Below, one piece after another: positions 29,291-46,184 of a stretch of 64,000 bases of DNA. The translations under genes and the position numbers were made by a program. This DNA is from Eledone cirrhosa (taxonomy: Eukaryota). Location: contig OZ024758.1 in the NCBI GenBank assembly GCA_964016885.1, positions 496,001 through 560,000 on the forward strand, in the 5' to 3' direction. The notes under the pieces are model-generated. The model worked only from the letters and a program-made list of their open reading frames with translations, did not search any database and had not been told where the DNA came from. Numbering within the stretch: the stretch's first letter is position 1; the number at the start of each line of letters is the position of its first letter.

Positions 29291-30369
29291 TATAAAATAA
29301 CGAGGCGTATAAACCCATTGAACAGGAAAAGATGGGCATCAGCATATATGGGAGTCTAACCCACACGGCAACCAAGAGTTGAGGATTTAATTTCTTCATT
29401 CCCCCCCTTAGGTTTTCTTGTTCTTTCATTCTCTCTTTTCACTTACCTCTATAATCCTCTTAGACTCTCTTTTTTTATATATCAGGCAATGTCTCTCACC
29501 TTTTCTTTCCTCATCTCTCTACCCCTTTCTTATAACTTTCGGTCCCTTCTAATGTGAGATGGTGCGCAGCAGGAATTACTTAGGGAGAGAGGTGGTTGTT
29601 GTGATAGGTGGTTGGAGGAAGGGACGCCAGTATAGTGGGATTTAACAAATAGTTTCCTAATTTTAGTTTTTCATGGCTACATAAATTTATTGACAAATAC
29701 TCTCTCACATACACACATACACACACACATGTACACATATACATACACACTCAAGTAGTCTCCATTATATATAGGATATCATTAATTGAAATATGTAAGA
29801 GATGGTATTCGTGTAGGGAACTTTCACTAGGAAGGATTCCGCTAATTAACGTTTTTAAAGAAGCAAAATTAACAACATAGTAAACAGGTAAAATTCTAAA
29901 CACTGACGCACATGCCAAAATCTAGAAAAGTCTAACAAAAATTCTCCAAGCGATATCAACAACAGGAAAATCTGAGAACCACCAGAAAACAAACATTAAA
30001 TGTAAACAATCAGCAAAACAATTACAATATTAATAAATATGTGTATAAAGGTAATATAATGACATTTGCGAAATAAGTAATCTTTCATATATACATATAT
30101 GTATATATATCTATATATGTATTTATGTATTTATGTATCTATGAATATAAGTATGTGAACGTATATATATATATGTATATATATGCGTGTGTGTGCATAT
30201 ATGAATATAAGTATGTGTACGCATGTACATACATACACACACGCATATGTATGTATATATATATTATATATACGTATATATATATATCATATATATATAG
30301 GTATATATATACGTATATATATGCATACATACACATATATATATATAATAATTATATATATACATATAC

Positions 30370-30400
<31 letters not shown>

Positions 30401-30466
30401 CCCACAAGTATATGTACATATATATACATATATATGTACTTACGCAAACACATATTTCTTCCTCTC

Positions 30467-30530
<64 letters not shown>

Positions 30531-30667
30531 AGTTGCTGTTGCTGCATCCGCACACATCAACAATAGGCACAGCTGTTGGCATAATTCTGATATCAATACT
30601 TATTACATATAAACATAAATGCATATATACGTTCATATACACACACTCACACAGATACACACATTAT

Positions 30668-30728
<61 letters not shown>

Positions 30729-30751
30729 TATATATATATATACATATATTA

Positions 30752-30817
<66 letters not shown>

Positions 30818-30818
30818 T

Positions 30819-30984
<166 letters not shown>

Positions 30985-31014
30985 ATATATATATATATAT
31001 ATATATACATATAT

Positions 31015-31067
<53 letters not shown>

Positions 31068-31225
31068 GTGTGTGTGTGTATGTATGGTGGTGTGTTTATG
31101 AGTATGTTTGACGTGTGCGGTATTTGAGCTATCGTTTACTTACACACTTATTAATAAAATTCTTTAATCCTGATCATCAACATTATCATTGCTTGCATCT
31201 ATTTTACATATATTCATATTCCTGT

Positions 31226-31296
<71 letters not shown>

Positions 31297-32117
31297 TTTC
31301 TCTAATTATTGTTATTGGTTTACGTTTGTTTATGTTGTTATTCAGTATGTGTTTTTATATTTTATTTTATTTAATTTCATGTTTATCCTTGTCCACATCT
31401 TTTCTCTTTTCTTATTTTCTTTTTTATATTTCTCCTTTGTATATTTCCCAAAGATCTCGCCCAATAACAGAAATCATCATTAATATGTTTATCATAACCT
31501 TCATCCTTATAATTTGCATCTCTTCTTTGTTGTTTGTTTTTGTTGCCATTATCATTTATTTTAACAAATATAATTAAAAAAAATATATATAATAATATTA
31601 AAAAAAAAACCGATTTGGTGTGATGTTAGTGTTTACCTCCCAGGGAATAAATTACTCTAATCCCCAAATCCCAAATATTTCTTAAATTTAAACGAAAATT
31701 CTCTACTTGTTCTCGAGAAAGCCGATTCATTCTGCTATGTTTGTCAAAGATTGTGTTTTTCAGTTTCATTAGAAAAGGAATTTGAGGGTTAGATGGAATT
31801 GATTCCTTAAAATAATATTTTTTAAACGAGTGTTGAACATGGTCTGAGAGAACGGGATGATCTGAGATATGTACCTGTAAATTGGAGGAGGGAAACAGAC
31901 AGAAGGTACTTGCATTAAAGATCCGAGTGATAATGGCTTTAGGGAATTTCTTAGTTTCATTTCATTGTTACCCATTTTAATTTTGTTTTTGTTACTTCCC
32001 CTTCTTTAGACGTTTGCTTATAAACCTACACTGTTTCATCGGGTACCGTCGTCGAGTGATAGATGTAAACCTCAGTGGTTAATAAAGAAATCACCATCGC
32101 CATCACGACCATTAATC

Positions 32118-32295
32118 GTGGTGGATTGGTAGTATAGGTACAGCATCAGACAGCATGCTTTGCAACATAGAGTTACGGCACTTTACGTCCTGATTTCAAA
32201 TTCCGCCAAGATTAGCTTTGCCTTTCATTCTTACGGGATCGACTTTCCCCTCACCCTAAATTGCTGGTCTTGTGCCTATAGCAGAAATCATTATT
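32118..32295 (+). mobile_element. SINE family 1
   Basis: ggtggattgg head, core, and (ATT)n tail. Confidence 0.75.
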
Positions 32296-32670
32296 ATTAT
32301 TATCATTATTATTTGGACGTTTGGATTTTGCTTTGTTTTTGTACGAAGTTACTCCACGTCTAACTCAGAAACCTCAAGTTATAAATCCAAGCTGGCATTA
32401 TGGCTAGGATGGTTGATAATTGCCATGATTTGAGGACGAATGTAATTTGGTTAACAGGGATTTGTGTTTTAATTGTATGCTTTAGGTTGAAAGTAGTATT
32501 GTTCTAGAAAATGTCTGTCAAAGCACACGAACATTAGAAGTTTGTTTAAAAGTAGGTTACTCGTGCTAAAATGACAGTATGTCAATAAAATAACGATAAA
32601 ATGCATTTGTTATTATGTACTTTTAACAGTGATTTTGATAATCATGATGAGAAAGAATGTCTTGGAGTTG

Positions 32671-32925
32671 CATAGATAGTATTTCTCGTAGAATGTGAGC
32701 TGAACCCTTGAACACTATTTTCTGAATTTATACCATTGTGGGAGTTCCTTTGGGTAATAACCAGCCACTTTTGCTATTATTCCGAAGGCACAACCACGGG
32801 TATTTCTTTTGTTTTGTTTCCACGTTTTGTCAATTTCTATCTCAAGTTCATTGCTAGGACTTGGTAGATACAAGATAAATTGATATTGATTGGGACAGAC
32901 GTGTCGATTTGGATATGAAATACTT
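32671..32925 (-). mobile_element. RLE-type (R4/Dong-like) non-LTR retrotransposon C-terminal remnant
   Basis: Minus-strand fragments IDTSVPININLS, ELEIEIDKTWK, KTKEIPVVV and IQKIVFKGSAHILREILS. Confidence 0.75.
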
Positions 32926-32931
32926 CAATAT

Positions 32932-33105
32932 GATTGTTTCTACTTTTGGCAAAAGGCCAGCAATTATTCCAGTACATTACTGGTACTTTATTTTATCAAC
33001 CCCGTAAGGATGAAAGGTAAAGTTAACCTCGGTGGGATTTGAACTCAGACCGTAACTCTGTGTTGAAAATCATGGCGCCTGACCCTCTACCAATACTGCC
33101 CAATC
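32932..33105 (-). mobile_element. SINE family 1
   Basis: Near-full-length minus-strand copy abutting the R4/Dong remnant. Confidence 0.8.
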
Positions 33106-33246
33106 ATCATTCAATATAATGTCTTCCAATTGACATCTATCTTTCTGTTAGTTTGAACAAAAAGTTCCATAGGAGTGAGATATGATCTTTTTCAAGAACT
33201 GGGATGGTTTATAGAGCCAACAGTTTTTATGAAATTACCCAATCAA

Positions 33247-33297
<51 letters not shown>

Positions 33298-33307
33298 TTA
33301 CTATTTG

Positions 33308-33378
<71 letters not shown>

Positions 33379-33664
33379 GTCTGTCTGTACGTCTTCGGAC
33401 TGTTTCTGGGATGTACGTTTCGTTTTTATTATTATTGTTCTTGTACAAACGTAGATACATTTGTAAATATATATAAATGACTATTGATTGGCAGTTAGGG
33501 AATCAGACTGATAGAGACGTGGGTACACCTTGCAAATGATTGGTATATTCTATAGAAGAATTATATTTATATATACATTACCCCCCCCCCATATATATAC
33601 ATACATATATATATATGTTCTAAGTGATATTATTCACTGCGATATAATGTATATGACTGACTAA

Positions 33665-33716
<52 letters not shown>

Positions 33717-33760
33717 AGAGTATTGAAGTTTGTTTGAAGCATTGTGGAACAATAAGTAAA

Positions 33761-34293
<533 letters not shown>

Positions 34294-34431
34294 ATATAAT
34301 ATAATATATATATATATATATACTGACATATACTGCATAAATTAACGTCATTTTCATTGTCAACACTGAGAATGAGAAAACGATGTCGCGAGAAAGAGAT
34401 TAAATTACCATATTGCCGTCAAAATGCCCAC

Positions 34432-34487
<56 letters not shown>

Positions 34488-34538
34488 CTTATATATAGAT
34501 GATATAGAGGCCACCTTGGGTTACACACACACACACAT

Positions 34539-34660
<122 letters not shown>

Positions 34661-34804
34661 CTCTACTAACATGTCAGCCCTTGGCAATATTTTACTATTT
34701 CACTTTAGCTTGCCTCACTGCTTCATTGGTTAATCTGAGGCCGTTTTTTACTGCAATAAATTCATTATGGCGGAAATAATTCATATGTGAATATTAGCGT
34801 GCTG

Positions 34805-34855
<51 letters not shown>

Positions 34856-34970
34856 TATATATGTGTGTGTGTGTCTGTGTGTATATATATATATATATAC
34901 ATGTGTGTGTGTGTATATATATATATATGTATATATATATCTATATTTTTATTTATACATGAGTGCATGT

Positions 34971-35038
<68 letters not shown>

Positions 35039-35416
35039 CCATCTTTTAATTTCTTCTTTATATATACTCCAGTTCTACCAATTGTTGAGTGCTACTTAAC
35101 TGATATATGCATAGTTTTATTGTTTTACAATATTACTCACCTCATACATATATATATATATTGGTATATATTGAGTTAGAAACTCAAAATAGTCTCTTAC
35201 AATAAAATAGATCAAAGAAAGAGATTTTTCCGAGCCGTATATTATAATTGAATATAAAAGAAAAACGAACAGATATATACATATATGTGTTCAAATTGTA
35301 AGGGACTAGATTCACTAAGGTGAAAAGAATACTAACTATAGACGATAGGGTTTTCCAGACTCAATTTAAGAATAAATCAAGAAAATAAATACAAACCGTA
35401 ATTGTGGTAACTACCA

Positions 35417-35497
35417 TTCACCCAGGCAGCTTTGGCTATGCTGTTTCGCAAATTAATTGGGAAGAGGAATACCAATTCTTGCTCATTAGTGGGTGAA
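35417..35497 (-). ncRNA. Degenerate type-I hammerhead ribozyme with a full stem III
   Basis: Minus strand reads TTCACCCA-CTAATGA-GCAAGAATTGG..CCAATTAATTTGC-GAAA-CAGC-loop-GCTG-CC-TGGGTGAA. Stem I is a perfect 8 bp and stem III is 4 bp, but G5>A and U16.1>C should inactivate it. Confidence 0.75.
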
Positions 35498-35655
35498 GAA
35501 TTAGTATCATGGTCACTCCTAAGTATATTAAAAAACTTAATAAGGTGCATATATATAATAACGCACATGGTATCTTTTCACCTTAGCGAATCTGGTCCCT
35601 TACGATTTGAACACATATATGTATATATATCTGTGTTCGTTTTTCTTTCATCTCT

Positions 35656-35741
<86 letters not shown>

Positions 35742-35874
35742 TAAAAGAAAGAGAGATTTATTTAATAATGTCTCATATAAAATAATACAACCACATTAAA
35801 TTGGGATTATACTTAGGTATATCCTAATATTTGTTGAGTGAGCTGGAGTTGGTCAGAGTATCACTTAATGTATT

Positions 35875-35936
<62 letters not shown>

Positions 35937-36000
35937 CATGAGTGCATGTGTATCTGTATATTTATATATGTATGTAAATATATGTACATATATATATATT

Positions 36001-36275
36001 GAAAAAAGATGAAATCGAAAATGCAACTGGAGTCTTTTTAAGAATATCTTTTTGGTTCCTTTACCGGTTTCGCAGTTCGAGAAAAAACACAAACCCTCCA
36101 TCTGAATTCTATTTTTGAAAAGCACAAGAACTGCGAAACCGGTAACGGAACCAAATAAATATTCTCAAAAGACTCCAGTTGCATTTTCGATTTCATCTTT
36201 TTTCCTTATACTTTCACTCGTGTAGGAGATCTCGTTTTTTTTTTCATTTTGTAAAAAAAAAACTCATTTTCTAAT
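36001..36275. mobile_element. Family C element with inverted duplication and the 3' half of a hammerhead
   Basis: Arms 36001-36078 and 36128-36204 are inverted. Contains GCAC-AAGAA-CTGC-GAAA-CCGG-TA. Flanked by (TA)n; homologous to 39066-39240. Confidence 0.7.
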
Positions 36276-36394
36276 ATATATATATATATATATTTATATA
36301 TACTTGTGTGTGTGTGTGTGTGTGTTGGTCGGTGGATGTGTGGGTGAGACGCTAGCATCAAACACCGAGTTAGTCCAAACAGAGAAAGCACGTG

Positions 36395-36600
36395 ACTTTC
36401 AGGTTAGAAAATTGGATTCAAAATGGTGAGGTTGTGATTTCGACTCCCGTGTTGGATGATATGTTATCTCCTTGAACAAGACGTTGCTTTCTCTATCAGG
36501 ATTCGCGACTAGTAGATAGTATTAGCAATTGGAAATACCAATAGAAACATTGTTTCCTTAGTCTTATTTGCCGAAGTCCAGCACACTCGGTAGGCGAATG
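36395..36600 (+). mobile_element. SINE family 2, diverged
   Basis: Shares agatagtatt..caattggaaa..ccaa..gaaacattgtttcct with 7431-7530 and 42890-43122. Confidence 0.65.
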
Positions 36601-38015
36601 ATGTCTGGGATGTTGTTAATTGATTCCCTAGCCAAACAGCTTTTTAGCTTATCAACTCAGCATTATTTGGAGTAAAGAAGCATGTTTGAGTTCTAAATCC
36701 GCATTTTCTCAGAAAACCTTTCACTACTCCCTTTTTGTAGCTCTGGCTGCGTGGTAACCAATCATCCGACCCTCGTACATCTTTCTTTCTAGTTTCTTTC
36801 AAAGTTGGCTGACTGTTGATATAGTCAGAAGTGAAATGGGGTAACATATCAAGTGATTTCAAACAAATATAAACAACATATCTTATATTGAGTACTTGTT
36901 CTATCATTAATAAACAAAAATATATACAAAATCCTCAACTTTTAGAACCATTCCAAACAAGCGTTAAATACATAACTGTCAAAACACTGTCATTAAATTC
37001 CATGAGATGCCAGTCATGTTATCTCATTTCTATATTCCCTTCACTAACATTCACTCTTTTTTACTCATTCCCTTTTTATATCTTCATCTCTCTCCCTTAA
37101 ACTCTCTCTCTCTCAACACTAATCTCTCTCTCTCACTCCCTTTTTGTCTCTTCCTCTCTCTCTCTCTTCACTAATCTCACTCCCTTTTTTATATTTCTTT
37201 CTCCTCTAAACACTCTCTCTTTACTAATCGTTTTCTCACTCCCTATCCCCCCTCTCTCCCATATATATGTATATATCCTCTGCCACAATATAACCAATGA
37301 TCTGGCTAACATCATATTATCACCATCAATATTTCTCACTCCCCGTTTTTTATCTTTCTTCCTCTCCATCTCTCTCTCTCTCTCACACACACCACAATCA
37401 CATGAAAACACACACTACACACACCCTCTCCCTCTCCCTCTCTCTCTCTTACTCTCACAAACACAATCACATAAAACACACACAAACAATCTGCAGTGAC
37501 ATGACCAATATAGTATCGTCACCACCATCTATATATCCTTTTGTGTAGCTTCCTCTCTCTCTTCCTCTCTCTCCCTCTCCCCCTCTCTCCCCCTCTCACC
37601 CCCCCCCCTATATATCCTCCACCACGATATCACCAGTGACATGACCAATATTATCACCACCATCAGTATGATTGTTAACAATGTTTTCGGCAACTTCTAG
37701 CCACAAAATATACAACAGCCGCCAACCTAACGTAAATATCAAAAAGTGACGCCACCAATCATCTCTTCCTACATGTCTATACTTATTTGTGCCAACACAC
37801 ATTCTTAGTCACATAGGGACACGCACATACAAACACGTACACACATATTCTCAGTCACATAGGCACACATACACACATGGCACACATACACACGCACACG
37901 CACAAACACATGCCAATTTGATCGCACATATACTCTCACAACCATGTGATTGTATGTATACAGAGGTGTTTTGACTCTGTAAACATATATATATACTTAT
38001 TTGTGGCAAATAAAG

Positions 38016-38101
<86 letters not shown>

Positions 38102-38454
38102 GCGTACAATACATACATATATTCACACACGCACACACACACATCAATATATATATAAGTAAGTAAGTATTTTCGTTAGTGTATGTGTCTAACAGATTTG
38201 TTGCGATCTTGTTAGCAACAACACAAGCTTTAAGAACATTGATGAGTGATTTTTATTGATATGAAATAAAACCGCCATATTGCTTATAACTCTAACGCTT
38301 CTTTCGCATTTGTTAGGCACCACTGACATTTTAATACTTTATATATGCCACAAGTGAAATAATCTGAAATACAGTAAAACACATAATAAAATCTGAGTTA
38401 TTAAACTGTTTTATTGCAGAAGACAACACAGGAGAGAACTACAAATATTCAACT

Positions 38455-38487
<33 letters not shown>

Positions 38488-38550
38488 CATACATATATAT
38501 ATATACATACATATACATATATACATACATATACATATATATATATACAT

Positions 38551-38629
<79 letters not shown>

Positions 38630-38674
38630 TACATACATATATATACATACATACATATATATATATACATACAC

Positions 38675-38712
<38 letters not shown>

Positions 38713-38768
38713 ATATATACATACATACATACATATATATACATACATACATATATATATATATATAC

Positions 38769-38807
<39 letters not shown>

Positions 38808-38810
38808 CAT

Positions 38811-38887
<77 letters not shown>

Positions 38888-38935
38888 AATGTATATATAT
38901 ATATATGTATATATATATATGTATGTATATATATG

Positions 38936-39044
<109 letters not shown>

Positions 39045-39065
39045 CACATATACATATATATATAT

Positions 39066-39400
<335 letters not shown>

Positions 39401-39547
39401 TATAATGGTCACACATACATATATATATTTATATATATATATACACACATATATATATATATAGATAGATAGACCTAGAATATGTAGAAGTTATTTACCA
39501 TATAGTTAAAATAGATATCAACATTACATTATTATTCTTATTCTTAT

Positions 39548-39672
39548 TGGCTGTATTGGTAGAGCGTCGGACACCACCTTCCGTGACATAGAGTTATGCT
39601 CCTTTAAGTTCAAATCTCGCCGAGGTTAGCTTTGCCTTTCATCCTTGTTGAGTCGATGAAATAAAGTACCAG
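39548..39672 (+). mobile_element. SINE family 1, 3'-truncated
   Basis: Head plus core, ending at aagtaccag. Confidence 0.75.
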
Positions 39673-40729
39673 TGGTGGTGCTGATGTTGGTGTGGTGCTG
39701 GTTGTGGTGGTGTTGGTGTGGTGGCGCTGGTAGTGGTAGGTGGTGGTAGTGGTGGTGGTGGTGGTGGAAGTGGTAATGATGATACTAAATATATGGATAA
39801 GAAGGAAGCGATGGTGAAAGCTGGAGAGGAAGGAGTAAAATCCATGATGCTTGTTTTTCATCATAATCCAGAGAAGAGAATGAATGCCTCAAGGAAAATG
39901 ACATACAGATAAATATAGAAAATCAGACACACATACATAAATGCATGCATACATACATAGATGCATACATACACACATACATACATAGATGCATATATAC
40001 ACACATGCATACATACCTACATACTTACTTACATACATACAAACATTTACACACATAGATACACACACATATACATACGCACATACATACATATATACAT
40101 ACATACATACATACATACTTACATACAAATATAAAATATACATCATATATTCATACATACATACGTGCATATACATCCATACACAAAAGTAGAGAGCCAG
40201 AAATACAAACAGTCAAATAGACAGACATATAGAGAGACATCGAGAACGAAACAAGTCTAACCAATTAAACAAAATGAATCAATAAATTAAAAAAATAACA
40301 AAACTATATATAAAAATAGAAAGAAAGAAAAGAAAAATAGAAATGGATTTAGGATGAAAGGAAAGAAAAATGAAAAAAAAACCCAACAATAAATGGAAAA
40401 AAAAGGATGATGCGAGTAACATTGTTTTGATATTGAGCGAATTTAATTAGGCTGCTAGTCTTTCAGATGCTCTATTTAATTTTAAGCCCAAATATTTTGA
40501 TTAGCTTGCACATGGTATTTAACGTCGATGTCGTTGATGTTTTTGTTGCTTCTGTTTTTGTCGCCGTTGTTTAACCCCAGGCTAACCCTGATCAAATACT
40601 CATATGATCAATTGCATTGTAGCTGTGGCGATGCAGTAAATTTAGATCTATCCACGACATATATTTTTCAGCGTATTTTAAACTTTTAAGATGGTCAGTT
40701 TTGATGCAGTTGCTCATTCTAGCAGGTAT

Positions 40730-40960
40730 ACTTCAAATAGTTCGTGGATAAAGGACAGTTGGAAAAAACGGTTTAAGTTATGATGTTTATTTTTCAACAT
40801 ATGCTCCAGCTAGGTGAATACACTTCTGCAAGCGTTGATGCCAACCTTTAAGTGCATCTGTTTAAAACTGACGGACATGCTATTTAAACCATGTCAATAA
40901 TCCCACCACATGATTTTTAGCCATGTATTTTTTCCACGAACTTTTTGAAGTCCCCTCGTA
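40730..40960. mobile_element. Mariner-type MITE
   Basis: TIRs ACTTCAAATAGTTCGTGGA / TCCACGAACTTTTTGAAGTCCCCTCG|TA. Confidence 0.7.
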
Positions 40961-42679
40961 TATGATATAGATATGGTTCTCCAATTTATGGTTTATTGTT
41001 GCTGTTTAACTTATTTTTCCCTGACTCCGTAGCCCTAGGATTAAACGCATTCTACCGTGATTATCCAATCATTAATCAAACCATGTATATCAAGGAAATT
41101 ATTATCCAAATTGTTATATTCGTTTAAATAAACATTGGGATTTGAAGCAAGATTTGGCTACTACTACCAGCGTATCAAATGACAGTGTAGATGCACGCAC
41201 ATTCGTTGCTCCTCACATATCTGTGCTAAAACCTAAAACATAACCTTATTGAATTTGAGCATCATTGTTAGAATAATTATAATAAGTGTACTACGGAGGG
41301 ATATGAACTCAGAACTAAAGACCGCAATTCTATGCTGCAAAGCATGTTGTCCAACACTCTAAAGATACTGGCAATCCACCGTCCTTAATATTGATAACCC
41401 TAATAATAGTCATTATAGCAATAATGGTTTTTAATGTTCTGTCTATCTTAACTTGTTGCCGTATTTTAGGGATAAGACATTAACAGAGCTCATACGAGCG
41501 ACCATTCTTAAGATCTTCTTAAACTATTTCTTTCTTCAAGATTCGGAGAAATAGCCGGAATATATGGAACACAAAATTCTTGGTTGTTTTTGACCAGTGA
41601 TAAACTTATATACCAATATATTGTAAAATTATTGGTTTCATTCATTAGACTACGGCTATGCTGAAGCACAATGTTCAGGATTATATTTTACATTTTATTA
41701 TGCTGAGCTCATTTCTCGGAAGACTGGAAGGCGAAATAATCCCGGGCATGATTTGAACTAAGAATAAAAAAACAAAAACATAGCCAAAAGCCACAAATCA
41801 TTTTGCCTGACGCTCTACACATTCTGTCAGCAACTGTGAAAATGAATTTAATAAATTCTATCCTCATCCCCCTTTCTGCTCCTACCCCCACCCATACATT
41901 CAATAACCTATAAATTTGTAGCTTGTCAAATTCTACTTTTGAACTAACTCCTTCATATTTAAAAGCCTACAACTAATCAGATGCACGTTAATAACTTTAT
42001 TTAATGTTGCTTCTTTCTACAAAACTAATTAGAAAGAAATGTATGAGTGTGATATGAAGTCACTATGAAAAAGAATTAAAATAATATTGTGTTCTTTATG
42101 GAAGAGAAATTGATTCCGTATTAGTAGAAAAAGATATTTCTACAACTAGTGACTACTGACAACACAATGCAAAGAAAAGACTTCTATACAAATTCTTACA
42201 ATTTCACTGATAGCAAGCAGTATAGGTCTTCCCTCCCCCTCATTTTTTGCGTTCACATCTTTCTTTCTTTCCTTGGATTTTTGATTCATTCTTTTGTTAA
42301 AAGTCCTATTACTATTTTGTTACATGTTTTTATATCTTCTATGTTCTTCTTAGATATTTAATTAGACTTGTCCTAAGTCTCAACATTTTCTTCAATTTTA
42401 AACTATTGTATCTTCTCTGTTATTCTTATTTGTTGTTACATTTCTTAAATACTGGACGTAGAAGTTAACACCTTCTTCTTCTTCTTCTTCTTCTTCTAAT
42501 TCCAGACCCCCCCCCCCACAAAAAACGTTTCCCGTAATTCTCTTTTCAATTCTCATTTTCTATTCCAAACTTCTATTTTGTTTCTTTAATTAAACAAATA
42601 TTTCGCACGTACACACACACGCATTCGCATACATGCAAACACACATGGACACATACACATACTATATATATATGTGTGT

Positions 42680-42825
42680 GTGCAAAAAATAAACAGAAAT
42701 AACAAAGCAAATGACTTAGTACAATGAAGAAATATATAACGCTTGATATAGTAGGAAAGGAGTCTTTTACGTTTCAGACACTAGTCCTTCATTGGAAGAA
42801 AGATAGAATCAGAAATAAAAGATTT
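42680..42825 (-). mobile_element. PLE-type 3' end with decayed hammerhead (family B)
   Basis: Minus strand CCAATGA-A-GGAC-TAGT-GTCT-GAAA-CG-TA-AAAGA; homologous to 17500-17645. Confidence 0.55.
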
Positions 42826-42889
42826 CATGTGGTATAAAAAAATGTCCCTTATACTCTAGTTTTCCTCGATCGATCGACAAGATCTCAGA

Positions 42890-43122
42890 ACCCTTTCGCT
42901 TGGCGAGTGAGGTGGAACTCGTCAAATCATACCAAGGAAACAATGTTCCCGTTGGTCTTTTCATTGCTGATGCTTTCTACCGGACGCAACTCTTGGCTAA
43001 AGGAACAGCATGAAATAAAGGTGCCTTGCTCAAGGATATAAACCATCATCCCATCCAGGAATAACTCGCAAACTCACGATTCCGAATCCAATTCTCTAAC
43101 CACTAAGCCACTCGCCTTCACT
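42890..43122 (-). mobile_element. tRNA-derived SINE family 2
   Basis: Minus-strand head GTGAAGGCGAGTGGCTTAGTGGTTAG (A box). The body is shared with 7431-7530 and 36395-36600. Confidence 0.75.
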
Positions 43123-43552
43123 GTTAATAAGAGATAACCAACTAGTATATTATGATGACTATAACATTATGAATGTTTTAACGTATTTCATGGTTTATAC
43201 AAGGTTTGTAATTTCCAGATATGGAGAAAAAAGTGTAATGTTGCTTCACCAATGAAAAAAAGCAAACAAAAATATGTGCTGTGAACTGCAACATTTCAGT
43301 ATTTCTTTCTTTTCAACTACTTAACAATCTAATAGATTGTCTTGACACGTCTTCAAATGACCGGGATATCAAAAGGTTGCAAAAGAACAGAAGATATAAA
43401 GAAAAATAATGCAGGATAAAACACATTCTTGATATCAAAAACTATGTAAAGGTTAACAAAAGAAAAAATATTTTCTCGTCGATCACTAAAATAGTTCATG
43501 GTGAAGAAAAGGCTTGGTACCTATAACAACATAGTTTTACTGCTTTTCATAA

Positions 43553-43585
<33 letters not shown>

Positions 43586-46184
43586 TTTATCTTTTTTTTG
43601 GTTCTTTTCATTTCCTCCTACATGATATTCAATGTGACAAATGTCATTTTGGAACATATAGAGTTATTATCTACTTTTTCGTATTTATTGTTATTGGAGT
43701 ATGTAAATGACATCACCACTGAGGCATATTGTATAGTTATATCTACAAAAGAGCACAATAAATATATTCAACCTCAGTGAACGCAAAATATCATATTGTA
43801 AAATGGCAATCCAATTGTGATCACATAAAACGTATTGATATAAATATGTTTTTTATGTAACAGAGTAAAGAATTTAATAATATTTGACCACAGTTTTTAT
43901 TTATTATACATGTTGTAGATGATTTTCAGGTTTAGTAATTTTGTTGAGAAGCTGAAAATTGAACAGTCTATCTTTCTTATAGATTAAAATTTGTTTACCC
44001 ATTCCGTTATTTGAGATTCCATCCTCCCTGACATCCAGAAAGAAACGATGACTGGTCTATGAAAGGTGAAGCTTGTTCATAGTCAGTTTTATTTAGGGTA
44101 GTAGATATGAGAGGTATTATTTTCATGATTCGGCCATTCACTTCTGGGCCGAAACACTTGCTTGAGAGGGAAGTCTCAGTCATGTAGAGGCATTTAAGTG
44201 ACCATACTCTGTCTCGAATGAGTTGCTTTGTACATATGTTAAAACTCTTCAATATTAGAAAAAGAACTGCGTATGCCAGAAACAGTAAAATGTCAGACAA
44301 ACTTTCTTACATTATTTAGAACCCTTTGATTGAGATCAAATCTTTCCGGTATTGAATTTGTCTATATTTGTTCGGAATATATAATAAGTATCAGTTAAGT
44401 ATTCAAGTTGGTATAATCAATCTATCAGAATCCCCTCCCCCCATACACTGACCCTTTAAATTACATAGCAGTGTGTTTATGTTCGAAATAATAAATATTG
44501 TTGTTGAAGTTGTTGTGATTTCGTGCTCTCCTTACCTTCCCTTTCAACACTCAAAGTCCGATAAAAATAATTACCAGTCATACACTGGGACCGGTTCCAA
44601 CTCAACCAGGAATAAGTATTCATAATCCTGCAATAAATACGATAATGTTCTTATAAGTGTGATAACCATATCTGGTATTATGGTGGAACGAAATTTATAT
44701 AAGTAGATTTTAAAAATATTTACTGATTGCATTTGTATATCCATGTTTATAATCTAGCACAAATATTTATGTAAGAAAATGGTTTATTTACTGTGTTCAG
44801 TGAAGAGTGAGATTTAGTAAGCTAGATTAATTAAAATGCTGTTAGTAGATGATTCAACTGATATGAATACAATACAGAGTAGTTTAGTTATAGTGCCAAA
44901 TGTGGTTATTCAGTAGTCTTCGGTGCAATACCGAGGTTTAAGTGTCTAGATGTCAATTTTATATTCTTTCCTTTGAGAGTGATATTACTAATGTTGGTCA
45001 TATCAAATACTTACCTAACCATGCCACTGAAATATATTATGATTGAGATATCTGTCAAAAGGATTCTTGAAATACATCCCTATGCCATTGGACTCTACTC
45101 AGAACCAATCCTTATTGGATGATTCAATGAGCCATTTGGGAGTTAAATTCGTTGTTAATATACACATTTCACTGTCGAATAAATCTTCCAAACTTTGACA
45201 TATTTCCAATGCAGAAAATACAGAATACGTCCGGATCAATAGACAATTATAGAAAGATTGGATTCCAATAGAAAGATACTTTTCTAGTGGAATCATACTT
45301 TATCGAAATTTAGAGTTATTTTTAAAGAATTCCTATGATGAAATGGTCTATCTGTTCAAGGTTATAAATATTTGATTATTTTATTTAAAAGAAAACGGGT
45401 TATACCGTAGGATGTAATGTAATGGGGTGTATTTGAGTGAATTAGTTACACGGTTTAATTAAAACCTGGTTTATTACTACGTTATCTCGCAAGATTATGG
45501 GTAACACTTTTATCAAATAAAGATTTACTACTTAATTTCGCAATATTTGTTAAGAGATAGCAATTATATTTTCTACATTGATTTACATTTCTCTCTGTAA
45601 TCTCATTTCAGTAATTTAGTAGAAAGTAAATTGATTAAAATTAGTAAAATTAGACGCAGACATAACTGAGTGCTACACAATTTATTTCACAATACAGAGG
45701 CCTTGTGGTCAATTCCATTAAGTGTATTTAGTATTTCATCTGGTCAGCAAAATCCTTGTGAGTGAGGGTGGATAGAAAAACACTGTATGGACGCCCATAG
45801 GAAACATTTTAACTGTACTAGAAGTATTGGGCTTTCTCATAAATTGTGTCACGCTAGTTTGGCTTGTGAATTGCATGAAGTGTATATTTATCTATGGAAT
45901 ATCAGGTGGAGAATAATTAAAGTGTTCTACGTTCCGTTCACCAACAAACAGAATACACATTGTATTGAATACTTATTGACGATGAGCAATCAGGTAGATT
46001 TATCCCCATTGTATGTATGTATACGTAACTCCCTAAAGAATAGTGGGGGCACCGTAGCAACATTCGCTGTTTCACCTGGTGGACCAGCCGTTTCCTTTCT
46101 ACTTTCCAACAGAGAGGGGGGGGGGGTGGAGAGAGTGAAAAAGACTGGTAGAAAGCATGTGATAAAGAGATATACTGTAAGAAT

